Origin: a virus | Taxonomy: Duplodnaviria > Caudoviricetes | Virus record (IMG/VR): IMGVR_UViG_3300043416_000423 | Location: 1 to 51,961 of that record | Strand: one strand, 5' to 3' | Length of the DNA: 51,961 nucleotides | Part shown: positions 40,628-50,894 of the stretch, one piece after another | Numbering within the stretch: the first letter of the stretch is position 1 | How the letters are laid out: every line of letters begins with the position of its first letter | Notes under the pieces: model-generated | What the model was told of the DNA's origin: nothing | What the model saw: only the letters and a program-made list of their open reading frames with translations | The model's database searches: none | Program-made: the position numbers and the translations under genes

Positions 40628-42079
40628 TTATTCAAATGGCCATGATCCAGATTTATTATTCTTATGTTCTTTATCTAATTTTTGTTTTGCTACTTGTGCA
40701 ATTTGTGTAAGAACAGAAGCTCTAATGTTATTAGGTATTCTATTAAATAACTGACTCATAATACCAGATGCATCTCCAAATAGAAACTTTTTACCAGCTT
40801 CTGCGGAACTCATCAATCCTTGTATAGCCTGCATAGCTTGTTGCAAATTCTGTGATGATTTCTTACTCTGACTAATATTACCATTCGTATCCATTGTCAT
40901 CGTCATTGGACCATATGGACCTTCTGTTTCATACTCATATACAGGTAAGTATACATTTACTTGAGCATTATTAAAGTCTTCTTCTATTCTAGGAAATACT
41001 GTTATTGTATTTGATGTTTGATCTGAAGTTACTACAACGTATGTTTGACTTGCTATATTTAGACTATAACCTTCATCAAAAAAATGTATAGAATTATCTA
41101 CTATGTCAGATAAGATGATATTAGATACTTCTGTGTCTTCATCTGTAACAATAATAGGAACACTATTTGATGTTAATCCAGTGTATGCTTGCTTTGCATA
41201 TTGTTCCATTCCTCTCAATGTCTCATCATACTGAAGTCTATGAATAGCATCTATCAGATCACTAATGTTATCAACTTGAGAAAGCAAATCAATCATATTC
41301 TGTGTAAATACTTCTGGATTGATTCTATCAGATGAAACATAATCTGTTCCATTTGAAATGTTATCGCCCATGAGCAACATCATATTATCTAATCCTTGAA
41401 CTAGATTAGGAGACATGTTTTTTGTTGATTGTTTTCTTTGATTGTTTGATAAGCCTTTGAATATTGAAGCAATACTCATTATGCTGCCTGGAAGTTGTCC
41501 AAGAGCACCTGCGTTAGGTATATTAGCAAAGTTCTGTAAAGCAGTTTCAATATTTTTAACTTCTTTGAGTAATTGACCTGCCATAGGATGCCAGGCAGCA
41601 TGTGTTGCTAATCCCTTTGTTAGAGAATGCATCCATTCTTGGCCTTTTTCTTGCATTTCTCTAACAAGAGCACCATCAACCATTCTTTCAACTACTTGAG
41701 GTTTAATTCTTTTCTGTGTTGATTTCTGTGATACTAGATTGAGAATATCATATAAACCAAAATTACCTCCGACATTTTCTGAAGAATTTTCTTCTGTGAT
41801 CATACCCACAACTGTTCTACTGGCAGGATCACCCCTGTTAGCGGAAACAATAACAGTTGTTCCTTGTTCTGGCGGTGCACAAAATTGCTCTAGTTGAGGT
41901 TGACTTGCATTTCTTTCCGTTCCAACATGAGGCAACATATCAGGCGTAATCTCAGAACTATGTCTAAGAGGATCATGAACTTTTAAAAGTGAAAGTTTCT
42001 TTTGATCAGGATCATTGATATCTCCACCAACTACGATACAATATGACTTTTCGCCCGGAAAATTAGATGGTAATGACAT
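40628..42079 (-). CDS. Baseplate hub protein with divergent gp5 OB-fold-like N-terminus
   Basis: IVVGGDINDP...PPEQGTTVIV...VVG resembles the gp5 OB fold; located between hub-like and gp5C-like genes. Confidence 0.45.
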   Translation of the reverse strand: MSLPSNFPGEKSYCIVVGGDINDPDQKKLSLLKVHDPLRHSSEITPDMLPHVGTERNASQPQLEQFCAPPEQGTTVIVSANRGDPASRTVVGMITEENSSENVGGNFGLYDILNLVSQKSTQKRIKPQVVERMVDGALVREMQEKGQEWMHSLTKGLATHAAWHPMAGQLLKEVKNIETALQNFANIPNAGALGQLPGSIMSIASIFKGLSNNQRKQSTKNMSPNLVQGLDNMMLLMGDNISNGTDYVSSDRINPEVFTQNMIDLLSQVDNISDLIDAIHRLQYDETLRGMEQYAKQAYTGLTSNSVPIIVTDEDTEVSNIILSDIVDNSIHFFDEGYSLNIASQTYVVVTSDQTSNTITVFPRIEEDFNNAQVNVYLPVYEYETEGPYGPMTMTMDTNGNISQSKKSSQNLQQAMQAIQGLMSSAEAGKKFLFGDASGIMSQLFNRIPNNIRASVLTQIAQVAKQKLDKEHKNNKSGSWPFE

Positions 42080-42107
42080 TATTTTATATTCTCCTACGTT
42101 ATTTGTT

Positions 42108-43316
42108 TCACACTAAACCGGCACCTACAGTACGACTCACACAGTCCATTGTTATTGTTGCTGGTTGTCTTCTCTTTAGATGATGTTTTAGATGAACAAT
42201 CAAATAATCACCAGAACCATAATTCAATGTTGTTCCTGTTTCATCTCTCTTATTAGGAAGATTTAGTTTGATAATCTTTCCAACATTGAGTGTAGGAATC
42301 CAAGGCACCATTATTCTTAATGCAATCTTATTTTGCTCTAATAAAGCCATTCTTGCTTGTCTTTTATGAACATATAGATGAGCATAATCAGGACAAGCGT
42401 TTTGTTGTTTTGCAGATCCCTCATTAGACATTGCAAGTTTAGGTAATCCACTACCTATACCACAACCTACAGCTGTTGAACCAAACTTATTAAACATCTT
42501 CATAATAGGGTTGAATGTAAACAAAGTATTAAGATTTTGACCATTTGTTCCTACACCATTCAATACATCAGATAATAAGTCAAAATCACATGGAAAGTTG
42601 TGTGTCAAAATAGAATATGGATATGCTTGTCCTGACAATGATCCTGTTTCTTGAAATGTGTATTCTGCTACTGCTGATTGTTTCGTTAATGAATTTAAAG
42701 ATCGAAAATGATGTGTACCAAAGTTTTGATATGTCATATAATGAAGAAAAGAAGGATCATTACCACCAGCTAAAGCTACATTTGCTTGTTGTGCTACAAT
42801 CTGAAATGGTCTAATATTCTCGGCAATGTAATCTCTTGCAGGATCAGCTGACTCAACATCCAGACTTTTAGCTCCAATACATGTAGATAAAACGTCACGT
42901 ACTACAGAAGATGGCTTGATACATTTCCACATCTTACTCACAAGTGTTGCAGCATCATCAAGTAATGTCTGATCACAAGCATGTATTATAAATTCTTCAG
43001 TATTATTGTTAATAAATTTTCTATCATCAAGTCTGTATGTTGTTTGTGCTACACTCATTGTTCTAGGTAAATCAAATCTCTGTAGTATTGGTTTATCTAT
43101 CTCGATACTCATGATTGTGTCTTTATATTCATCTAGATTCTTAACAGGCAGTTCATGTATTGAACTATGAACACGAACAGAAGTTTGTAATCCAGGAGTC
43201 AATAAACTTTCACCTAGAATTACTTCTTCAACTGATGTTTGCTGTGTTAAACTGTCTGAAACACCACTAAAACCAACATCAAAATTCGTATGAATATCTA
43301 CATCTTCATCTGACAT
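42108..43316 (-). CDS. Baseplate hub protein, gp27-like
   Basis: ESLLTP, HHFRSLNSL, LNVGKII...SGDYLIVHLKH; follows gp53. Confidence 0.55.
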   Translation of the reverse strand: MSDEDVDIHTNFDVGFSGVSDSLTQQTSVEEVILGESLLTPGLQTSVRVHSSIHELPVKNLDEYKDTIMSIEIDKPILQRFDLPRTMSVAQTTYRLDDRKFINNNTEEFIIHACDQTLLDDAATLVSKMWKCIKPSSVVRDVLSTCIGAKSLDVESADPARDYIAENIRPFQIVAQQANVALAGGNDPSFLHYMTYQNFGTHHFRSLNSLTKQSAVAEYTFQETGSLSGQAYPYSILTHNFPCDFDLLSDVLNGVGTNGQNLNTLFTFNPIMKMFNKFGSTAVGCGIGSGLPKLAMSNEGSAKQQNACPDYAHLYVHKRQARMALLEQNKIALRIMVPWIPTLNVGKIIKLNLPNKRDETGTTLNYGSGDYLIVHLKHHLKRRQPATITMDCVSRTVGAGLV

Positions 43317-44008
43317 TATATTAATCTTCTAATAAAAGGTTGACGAGTTTGTGTTAGATTATCTAGCTCACGAATAATCTGTGCATAATACTCAGGCTTG
43401 ATAATCTTGATTGCTCTTTTCTTCTCATTCAATTGTTCTTCATAATCATAGTTTGTTATTCTATCTCTTTTTGTAATTTCAATGACTGTTTTCCCAGAAC
43501 CCATATTAATTGTGTCTACATCTTGTGTTTCTGGTAAACTATTATATGTGTCATAAGGAACTGTTGTATCATACATTGAATTAGCTATATTAGACTGATT
43601 AATAACGAATCTTGTCTCAACAACTGTTCGTGATAATGATTCTTCACGAGTAACAACTTTCTCATAATGATGATATGTTGTTTGAGCGTTTGTTATTGAA
43701 CCATATTTTTTGTTTATGTAATTATTAAAATCATTATACTTCAACGGCCAATCATACTGGGGATCAACAATATCATTTGCCATCAATATAAGCCAATGTG
43801 CTTCAGGATTCCCATACACCTTATCTGCTAAAATTTCTGGTGTGTCATCATCTTTGACTAAGTATTCATAGTATGCAGAAATATTTCCTAGAACTTCCCT
43901 AAGTATTCTGGTTCTGAAAAAGATATTAGTAACAGACTGATAGTTAGTGAATCTCTTACCAGCTATGTCATATGAGATTCTAGGAAACTTTGTGAAAAAC
44001 TGTGCCAT
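43316..44008 (-). CDS. gp53: Baseplate wedge subunit
   Basis: FFTKFP, DTPEILADKVYG..HWLILMAN, YDYEEQLNEKKRAIKIIKP. Confidence 0.92.
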   Translation of the reverse strand: MAQFFTKFPRISYDIAGKRFTNYQSVTNIFFRTRILREVLGNISAYYEYLVKDDDTPEILADKVYGNPEAHWLILMANDIVDPQYDWPLKYNDFNNYINKKYGSITNAQTTYHHYEKVVTREESLSRTVVETRFVINQSNIANSMYDTTVPYDTYNSLPETQDVDTINMGSGKTVIEITKRDRITNYDYEEQLNEKKRAIKIIKPEYYAQIIRELDNLTQTRQPFIRRLI

Positions 44009-44010
44009 TA

Positions 44011-45018
44011 TTAAAAGCCCTGCAAAATTCTCTTTTTTGAAACCGGTTCTAATTCACGGAATCCCATGCTCAATCTAGCTGCTACAGGATGTCCATTTCT
44101 GAATGTAGAATAGACACCTGTTGGTGCATAGTCTACTTCTATTCTTTCTAAGACACATGTATTAATTCTAAGAATATTCATATTCTCAACACCTTTGTTG
44201 AAAAATGTAATATCAAACTCTGCAGGAGGTATCCAGAACAGAGAAAATACATCAGATATTTCAGGTGCACCATGGAATCTAAGTGTTTTGATAATAGATT
44301 TCATGCTAATTGATTCTTGTTCGTTTCGTGGTGCCATTAGAACTTCAAGAGTAAACTGTCTGACAAGAGTATTAGCAAATAAAATTTCGACAGCGGGATT
44401 GATTGGCGATTGTAATACTTTACTTACTGTTGATAAACCTTGACCTGTAGCATCACTAATTCTTTTTGCATTACTTCCAATATTAATAGCTTTATTGATT
44501 GCTTGTGTTGCTGCACCTGTCGCAGCAAATATTGCAGAGATGCCAATTGATCCTAATTTGCCTGCTAAAGCTGACATTGAAATTTCTTCATATGCATTAT
44601 GTGTGTTGAATATAAGCGGCGATGGCATATGAAGTGCAACTGATTCTGCTATTCTTCGTGTTCTTCTGGGTATAGATACAAAACCTCGATCACCAGCTTG
44701 TGTTCCACCAAATTGAATAGGATATAAACTACCTGTTGCACCATATCGCAATTTATCGACTTTAGATATATCGCTTTCATTTAATGTTGTAAATTGATTT
44801 GTATATTGTCCTGCTGGTGGTCCAACTTTTCCTAAAAAACCTTTAGTTGGCACATTCATATTAATGACCATATAATGTCCATTATCATCCATACCAAGGT
44901 CATTAGGAAAAACTAAATAACGAAAGTCATATCTACTTTGACCAAGATCAACAGGTTCTGTTCCTGTGTTTTCTTGTTCTTGCCGCTGATTTGAATTAGG
45001 ATTTACATTAAATGGCAT
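44011..45018 (-). CDS. gp48: Baseplate tail-tube cap
   Basis: ALHMP, INPAVEILF..RQF, PRNEQES, PAEFDI, CVLERIEVDYAP, FRELEP. Confidence 0.85.
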   Translation of the reverse strand: MPFNVNPNSNQRQEQENTGTEPVDLGQSRYDFRYLVFPNDLGMDDNGHYMVINMNVPTKGFLGKVGPPAGQYTNQFTTLNESDISKVDKLRYGATGSLYPIQFGGTQAGDRGFVSIPRRTRRIAESVALHMPSPLIFNTHNAYEEISMSALAGKLGSIGISAIFAATGAATQAINKAINIGSNAKRISDATGQGLSTVSKVLQSPINPAVEILFANTLVRQFTLEVLMAPRNEQESISMKSIIKTLRFHGAPEISDVFSLFWIPPAEFDITFFNKGVENMNILRINTCVLERIEVDYAPTGVYSTFRNGHPVAARLSMGFRELEPVSKKRILQGF

Positions 45019-45048
45019 TTATTCCTCTTAGATATAGTATAACAATAG

Positions 45049-45056
45049 TATTTATA
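45049..45056 (-). promoter_or_regulatory. Canonical late promoter TATAAATA for the baseplate operon
   Basis: Exact consensus in the divergent gp48/gp4 gap. Confidence 0.7.
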
Positions 45057-45511
45057 TGACAAACACAAAGACATACAAAGGTAAATTTGTTCCTAAGAAT
45101 CCAAAGAAATACAAAGGAGATTCTACAAACATCATCTTTCGTTCTCTTTGGGAAAGAAAAGTAATGGTATGGCTTGATGAGAATCAAAACATAATAGAAT
45201 GGTCATCAGAAGAAATAGCTATACCGTATATATCACCCATCGACGGACGAAAACGCCGGTACTTTCCTGATTTTGTTGTCAAAGCTACAATGCCAGATGG
45301 ATCAATCAAAACACTTATACTAGAAGTCAAACCACTAGCACAAACAAAAGAACCTAGTAAACAAACTAAAAGAACAAAAAGATATATTACGGAAGTAACA
45401 ACATGGGCAGTAAATCAGCAAAAATGGAAGATGGCTGAAGAATATTGTTTAGATCGTGGTTGGCAATTCAAAATTATAACGGAAAAAGAATTAGGAATAA
45501 AGTATAAATAA
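45056..45511 (+). CDS. gp4: Head completion nuclease
   Basis: YKGKFVPKNPKKYKGD, RSLWE, WSSEE, RYFPDF, EVKP. Confidence 0.95.
   Translation: MTNTKTYKGKFVPKNPKKYKGDSTNIIFRSLWERKVMVWLDENQNIIEWSSEEIAIPYISPIDGRKRRYFPDFVVKATMPDGSIKTLILEVKPLAQTKEPSKQTKRTKRYITEVTTWAVNQQKWKMAEEYCLDRGWQFKIITEKELGIKYK
45503..45510 (+). promoter_or_regulatory. Canonical late promoter TATAAATA upstream of gp2
   Basis: Exact consensus at the gp4 3' end, only 5 nt before the gp2 ATG. Confidence 0.6.
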
Positions 45512-45515
45512 TAAT

Positions 45516-46010
45516 ATGGCAAACAAACAAAAAGAAGCTGTTGACTGGTGGATTGGCCGAGCCAGGACAGTTGCTGGATATCGAAGAAATCTTCTTAATA
45601 GTGCAGAACGATCTAGAGGATCAACTGTAATTGGTAAGATGTTTTTCTTTGAGTATGATCCTAAACACAAAGCAAAATTACCCATCTATGATAGATTTCC
45701 TCTAGTATTTCCTATTGAGAGATATTCAGATGGGTTTCTAGGCCTGAATTTACACTATTTAGGTGTATCACAAAGAGTTGCTATATTGGGTAAATTATCG
45801 GAGTTTGCTAACAACAATAAAATGAATGAAAAGACAAGACTCAGATTATCATATGATTTGTTATCAAGAACAAAATACTTAGGAACAGTTTTGCCATGTA
45901 TCAAGAGATATTTGACTGGTCATGTTCGAAGTGATTTTATAGAAATAACAGCAGATGAATGGGAAAAAGTTGCACAATTGCCTGTTCAAGTATTCATAAC
46001 AAAGGCGTAA
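45516..46010 (+). CDS. gp2: DNA end protector protein
   Basis: YDPKHKAKLPIYDRFPLV, GLNLHYL, CIKRYL..HVRS. Confidence 0.93.
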   Translation: MANKQKEAVDWWIGRARTVAGYRRNLLNSAERSRGSTVIGKMFFFEYDPKHKAKLPIYDRFPLVFPIERYSDGFLGLNLHYLGVSQRVAILGKLSEFANNNKMNEKTRLRLSYDLLSRTKYLGTVLPCIKRYLTGHVRSDFIEITADEWEKVAQLPVQVFITKA

Positions 46011-46015
46011 AATAG

Positions 46016-46669
46016 ATGGCAGATTTTCCAATAGCAAATGCTCCTAGAAATTTAACTATGTTAGATTTCCGTGCTATTGCTGATGACTATGGTGGTTTAC
46101 TTAAGTCAAGTAAGTTTGCTGTGCAAATAAGACCTGTCGGAGAATATATTATCAACTATGCTGCATTCTGCCGTGACTTCACATATTTGTGTGAAATAGC
46201 TGAAATGCCCGGTAGAGGCTTTATGAATCTTGATGTTCGTTATTATGGTCCTAGTCACAAATTACCATTCCAGACATCTTATGAAGACATCAATCTAACA
46301 TTCTTATGTAGAACAGAGTCAATAGAACGTCAGTTTTTTGATGACTGGATGCTCGTAATTAATCCAATCAATTCTTTTGATTTCAATTATCGTGATCAAT
46401 ATCGTTCTGAAATTGACATCTTTCAATTTGGTGATTACTCAGAAGAAGACGATGATGATGCACCAACAGCACAATACTATATCACTCTACATAATGCATA
46501 TCCTATTCTTGTTAATCCACAGCCTATGACATGGGGAGATGATCAATTTCAAAGATTAATCGTATCGTTTACATATACACATTGGAGCAGAAGAGGATAT
46601 GATCCTAGACCTGGTTGGTCACAATTAGTTGAAGGAAGACCAAATCAAAGATTGCCTATATCAAGATAA
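46016..46669 (+). CDS. gp54: Baseplate tail-tube initiator (gp19-fold)
   Basis: LCEIAEMPGR, YEDINLTF, FFDDWM, AYPI, VSFTYTHW. Confidence 0.75.
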   Translation: MADFPIANAPRNLTMLDFRAIADDYGGLLKSSKFAVQIRPVGEYIINYAAFCRDFTYLCEIAEMPGRGFMNLDVRYYGPSHKLPFQTSYEDINLTFLCRTESIERQFFDDWMLVINPINSFDFNYRDQYRSEIDIFQFGDYSEEDDDDAPTAQYYITLHNAYPILVNPQPMTWGDDQFQRLIVSFTYTHWSRRGYDPRPGWSQLVEGRPNQRLPISR

Positions 46670-46685
46670 AAGGATGAAATAAATT

Positions 46686-47411
46686 ATGGCATTACCAAAA
46701 ATTGACTTACCTGTTTATGAATTGAAACTGCCGTCGAATAATAAACAAGTAAAGATTAGACCATTTCTAGTAAAAGAAGAAAAGCTTCTTCTAATGGCAG
46801 TAGAATCAGATGATGAAGCAGAGATTATCAATACAACAAAACAAGTGATAAACAATTGTTTGATTGATTCTGACGTTAATATTGAAACACTACCGTTCTT
46901 TGATGTTGATTACTTATTCATAGCATTAAGAGCTAAGTCTGTAGGTGAATCTATAGAAGTTAAGTTTACTTGCAATAACTTTGTGAATGATTCTATATGT
47001 GGTCATGTTTTTCCTGCAAAGATTGATATTGCTAACTGTCAAATCTCAAAAGATGATACAATCAAGAATATTGTAGACATAGGTAAAAACATCAATATCA
47101 AGATGAAATATCCAAACTATACGGCAATGAAGAAGATTCTGGACAATGATAATGTTTTGAATAAACAATTAGACATCATTGCTAGTTGTGTAGAACAAAT
47201 TATTGATGGTGATAAGATTCATACATCTAAAGATTTTACAAGAGAAGAATTGATAGCATTCCTTGAGGAATTGACAAAAGAACAATATGTAAAGCTGGAA
47301 GAATATATCAATAATTTTCCGTCATTCGTTATTTATACGAAAGCACAATGTGGTAAATGTAGTTATGAACACAATTTAATATATGATGATTTTACAAGTT
47401 TTTTCGTCTAA
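46686..47411 (+). CDS. gp26: Baseplate hub assembly protein
   Basis: MALPKID.PVYELKLPS, RPFLVKEEKLLLMA, LRAKSVGE, MKYP. Confidence 0.92.
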   Translation: MALPKIDLPVYELKLPSNNKQVKIRPFLVKEEKLLLMAVESDDEAEIINTTKQVINNCLIDSDVNIETLPFFDVDYLFIALRAKSVGESIEVKFTCNNFVNDSICGHVFPAKIDIANCQISKDDTIKNIVDIGKNINIKMKYPNYTAMKKILDNDNVLNKQLDIIASCVEQIIDGDKIHTSKDFTREELIAFLEELTKEQYVKLEEYINNFPSFVIYTKAQCGKCSYEHNLIYDDFTSFFV

Positions 47412-47626
47412 TGCTTGGTTATGATAATTTGATGAACTATTTTAAGACAAACTTTTCACTGATGCAACATCATAAGTACAGTCTTGCTGATATTGAGAAT
47501 ATGATGCCATGGGAAAAGTTTATCTATGTAGACATGCTAAAACAGCACATCAAACATCAAGAGGATATGATGCGTGACCAAGCAGCACAACAAAAAGCAC
47601 AAGCACAGATAAGAAGAAAACGATAA
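47411..47626 (+). CDS. gp51: Baseplate hub assembly catalyst
   Basis: NYFKTNFSLMQHHKYSLADIENMMPWE. Confidence 0.9.
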   Translation: MLGYDNLMNYFKTNFSLMQHHKYSLADIENMMPWEKFIYVDMLKQHIKHQEDMMRDQAAQQKAQAQIRRKR

Positions 47627-50600
47627 ATGGCAAAAAAGATCGATCCTAAAAGTCTAACATTAGATTATAAGCAACTATTAGGTATTCCTGTACAAGATAG
47701 AATATCTTTATTTCAATCTGGAGGACAAAGCTATTTCGAAAGTTTAACGCCAGAACAGCTATCACGTTTATTTCCAAACTACTATCAAAGACAGTTACCA
47801 GATATTGGAAAAGCAGTATCTGGTGGTACTGCTGGTATTCCTTCTCCAGCTACAGGTGCACCAGCTACAGGTGCAGATAGAAGAGGTGTAACATCTGGTG
47901 CATTAGGCAGAGCAGCTAGGAGTGATCAAGCACCGGGACAGCCTAAACCTTCTGCTCCTGCGGAAGAAAATGCACTTCTTAAACATCTAGAAAGTATTAC
48001 AGGTAAACCATCACAACAACAAAAAACAGAGCAGCAAGTATCTGCTGATGGTTTGAATCCTTTAGCTGTTGACAGACAAAATGTATCGAAACAGTTAACA
48101 CGACAAGATAAAATTCATTTATATGCTTTATCTATTGCTGAAAAAGGAGATAGTACAACTAGAAGAAATGCTGAGTTGATGGAATCTATTTATAATAGAA
48201 ATTCTGCTCAAAAACATCCTAATATTAGACATACTATGGGCATAGACAGTGAAGGCGGTTTTTATAGTTCAAATAGACAATATTATCAACCATTGATGCC
48301 TAATCGTGATCCTAAAGGATGGGCAAGATATCAGGCTGCTAAGAGAAAATTAGAAAGTGATCCGGAATACTTTAACAAATTTGAAGGAATACACAATGAT
48401 GTTTTAGCAGGTTCAAATTATAATAAATTAGGAACACATAATGCTTCTCTTGGTGTTGCATCATCAGCGAGAAAAACACAAACAATAACACACACTTCAG
48501 GAGAAGAAACATATTCTAGAAAAGACATTATTGAATTTGCAGGCGCACATGGTCTTGGAACAGTTAGAAATGAAAAAGCTTGGTTTGAATCTATTTCAAA
48601 AAGAATGGATGAATATTATGCAAGTCAAGCCAATAATCCTAATGTAAAACCTCCTAGTCGCATATCAGAAGCAACTGATATACAAAAACCACAACAAGAA
48701 AGACCCTCTCAATCAGGTGCTGCTACAGGATTGACACCAGAATCAGCAACACCAGGAAAAGCAGGAACAACTGGAACACATTCTCATCCTTTAGGAGAAC
48801 AGGGAGCTAAAGTAACTTCTGGTTATGGAATGAGAGTACATCCTGTAGATGGCATTAAGAGAATGCATACAGGTGTTGATATGAGAGTTGCTATGGGTAC
48901 ACCTATACAAAGTGTTGCAGAAGGTAAAGTTATCTTTGCTGGTACTAAAGGTGGATATGGTTATACTGTTGATGTTCAACATGCAGATGGAACTGTAAGC
49001 AGATATGCTCATCTAAGTGAATTTAGAGCTAAAGTTGGTGATAATATTAAGTCTGGTCAAGTTATTGCTTTATCTGGCGGTGCAAAAGATCATCCTGGAT
49101 CTGGTACTTCAACAGGACCACATTTACATTTTGAGATAAGAAGAGATAATAAAGCTATTGATCCTACTCCTTATTTACAGCAGCAGATGCCTGCACCCGT
49201 TTCTGCTAATATTGAATCAGAACAAAAAACTCTTTCTAGACCTCAAGATTATGAATCATGGAATCCTAATCTAAAGAAATATATTGAATCATTACCACCA
49301 TCAACACAACAAAAAATATTTGATCAAAGTAATGAACTAGTAAGACAAGGCAAAGGTCATATAAACGACATTTATTCAAGTTTAGTACAGCAGAATCCTA
49401 ATATGTTTTCTACTGCACCAAAAGTAGTAACGGATGCTGTTAAGAATGCACCTCCAGGTGAAATGTCAACAATAACTGATGCTGATCTTGTAGGTTCTAA
49501 TGTAAAAGCAGAATCTTATTCGAGAGTTGTTACAAATATTTCAGGATATTCTCCAGAAAGCACAAGACCAAAAGCAGCAGGTCCAGGTGTTGTGCAAAGT
49601 ACAACGGAAGAATTAAATATATTGAAAAGAGGAATAGATGATCGTGGCCCTTCATTCGGATATCATGCTGCTGTAGCTTCTTTTTATTATGATAAAAATA
49701 CTGGTGAAAAGATTGATGAAACGTCTTTTCGAAAATTACCTAAAAAAGATCAAGACAATTATGTTGAAAAAGCAGAAGTACATCAACTGAGAAATACATC
49801 AAAACGTGTTGCTTCAATGGGGGGAAGAAATCCTCAAACAGGCAAATCATGGAATGCTGATACATATGCAGTTGTTCGTGTAGGTAAAATGTCGCCAGAA
49901 GAAATTAGAGCATATGAAGAACACTTAGCAGAAAAATATGCTAGAGGTGAAATACCAGAACAAGCTATCAGAAACATTTATGGTGATGGTGCATTAAGAC
50001 CTAAAGAAAGAGGACAATTAGAAGCATCAACAGGAGGAGAAGGTGTAGCTGATGCAGCAAATATTAATAAGGGTAGAATATTTGAACGTGCAGCAATAAT
50101 AAAAAAACAATTAGAACAAGAAGCAAGTCAAGCTTTATCTACACCACCGGGTGAATTAAGACAAACAGGAACACCACCAACACAAGTATTACAAGCAGAA
50201 CAACCACCTCCTACTCAAGTAAGTCCTGCACAACCTACATCTGTAACACCGGCAGCAGCACCTGTTCCTGGTCCAGCAGCACAACCTGCACCTAAAGCTA
50301 CACCTACACCTAAAGCTACACCAGCACAACCAACAGCACCAGCACAACCAACAGCAACTGTTCAACCAACAGCAACTGTTCAACCAACAGCAACTGTTCA
50401 ACCAGCAGCACCAAGACAAGAGGATCAGATAAAACCAAATGCTTACGGTGGACAAGAGCAGACTACAGAAAACATTGGATTCTTTGACACTAATACTGGA
50501 AAAGCATTAGGAACTGCAAGTAGAGGTGAAGTTGTAGCTCTAAATCAATCTGGAATTGTTGATATAAAACCAGAACAAAGAATAACAGAAATACCACAAT

Positions 50601-50854
50601 TAAGAAATGATATTCCACAACAACAAGATCAAACACAACAACAAGAGATACCAACAAATACTGCAGGAATGATTAGTCAGCCAATGCAACAAACAGCAGA
50701 AGCGGCACCATCAGCACAACAAATATTTGCTGCAATGATGGAATCACCAGCAAGCTCAAATCCTAGTTATGCAAGAGCAATGGCACAATATAGTTTTAAA
50801 GGTCCTGATAAAACTTATAATCTTGATTCAGGATTCAATACTCTATTTGGATAA
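47627..50854 (+). CDS. Large multi-domain virion-associated peptidoglycan hydrolase (M23 peptidase; possible tape-measure role)
   Basis: M23 motifs HTGVD, RYAHL, STGPHLHFE (~48790-49175); Pro/Ala/Gln-rich linkers; follows gp26/gp51. Confidence 0.8.
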   Translation: MAKKIDPKSLTLDYKQLLGIPVQDRISLFQSGGQSYFESLTPEQLSRLFPNYYQRQLPDIGKAVSGGTAGIPSPATGAPATGADRRGVTSGALGRAARSDQAPGQPKPSAPAEENALLKHLESITGKPSQQQKTEQQVSADGLNPLAVDRQNVSKQLTRQDKIHLYALSIAEKGDSTTRRNAELMESIYNRNSAQKHPNIRHTMGIDSEGGFYSSNRQYYQPLMPNRDPKGWARYQAAKRKLESDPEYFNKFEGIHNDVLAGSNYNKLGTHNASLGVASSARKTQTITHTSGEETYSRKDIIEFAGAHGLGTVRNEKAWFESISKRMDEYYASQANNPNVKPPSRISEATDIQKPQQERPSQSGAATGLTPESATPGKAGTTGTHSHPLGEQGAKVTSGYGMRVHPVDGIKRMHTGVDMRVAMGTPIQSVAEGKVIFAGTKGGYGYTVDVQHADGTVSRYAHLSEFRAKVGDNIKSGQVIALSGGAKDHPGSGTSTGPHLHFEIRRDNKAIDPTPYLQQQMPAPVSANIESEQKTLSRPQDYESWNPNLKKYIESLPPSTQQKIFDQSNELVRQGKGHINDIYSSLVQQNPNMFSTAPKVVTDAVKNAPPGEMSTITDADLVGSNVKAESYSRVVTNISGYSPESTRPKAAGPGVVQSTTEELNILKRGIDDRGPSFGYHAAVASFYYDKNTGEKIDETSFRKLPKKDQDNYVEKAEVHQLRNTSKRVASMGGRNPQTGKSWNADTYAVVRVGKMSPEEIRAYEEHLAEKYARGEIPEQAIRNIYGDGALRPKERGQLEASTGGEGVADAANINKGRIFERAAIIKKQLEQEASQALSTPPGELRQTGTPPTQVLQAEQPPPTQVSPAQPTSVTPAAAPVPGPAAQPAPKATPTPKATPAQPTAPAQPTATVQPTATVQPTATVQPAAPRQEDQIKPNAYGGQEQTTENIGFFDTNTGKALGTASRGEVVALNQSGIVDIKPEQRITEIPQLRNDIPQQQDQTQQQEIPTNTAGMISQPMQQTAEAAPSAQQIFAAMMESPASSNPSYARAMAQYSFKGPDKTYNLDSGFNTLFG
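50345..50398 (+). repeat. Three tandem 18-bp coding repeats (QPTATV)
   Basis: CAACCAACAGCAACTGTT x3 within a Pro/Thr/Ala linker. Confidence 0.9.
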
Positions 50855-50885
50855 AGAAAAGAGTGATAGATTTCTCTACCACTCT
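50853..50885 (-). terminator. Rho-independent terminator for gp32
   Basis: Minus strand AGAGTGGTAGA-GAAA-TCTATCACTCT followed by TTTCTTT; lies between convergent genes. Confidence 0.8.
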
Positions 50886-50894
50886 CTAACACTC

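Noticed and set aside
45056-45511. TnsA-like nuclease as a transposon gene
   Set aside because: Motifs and position beside gp2, divergent from the baseplate genes, identify it as head completion protein gp4.
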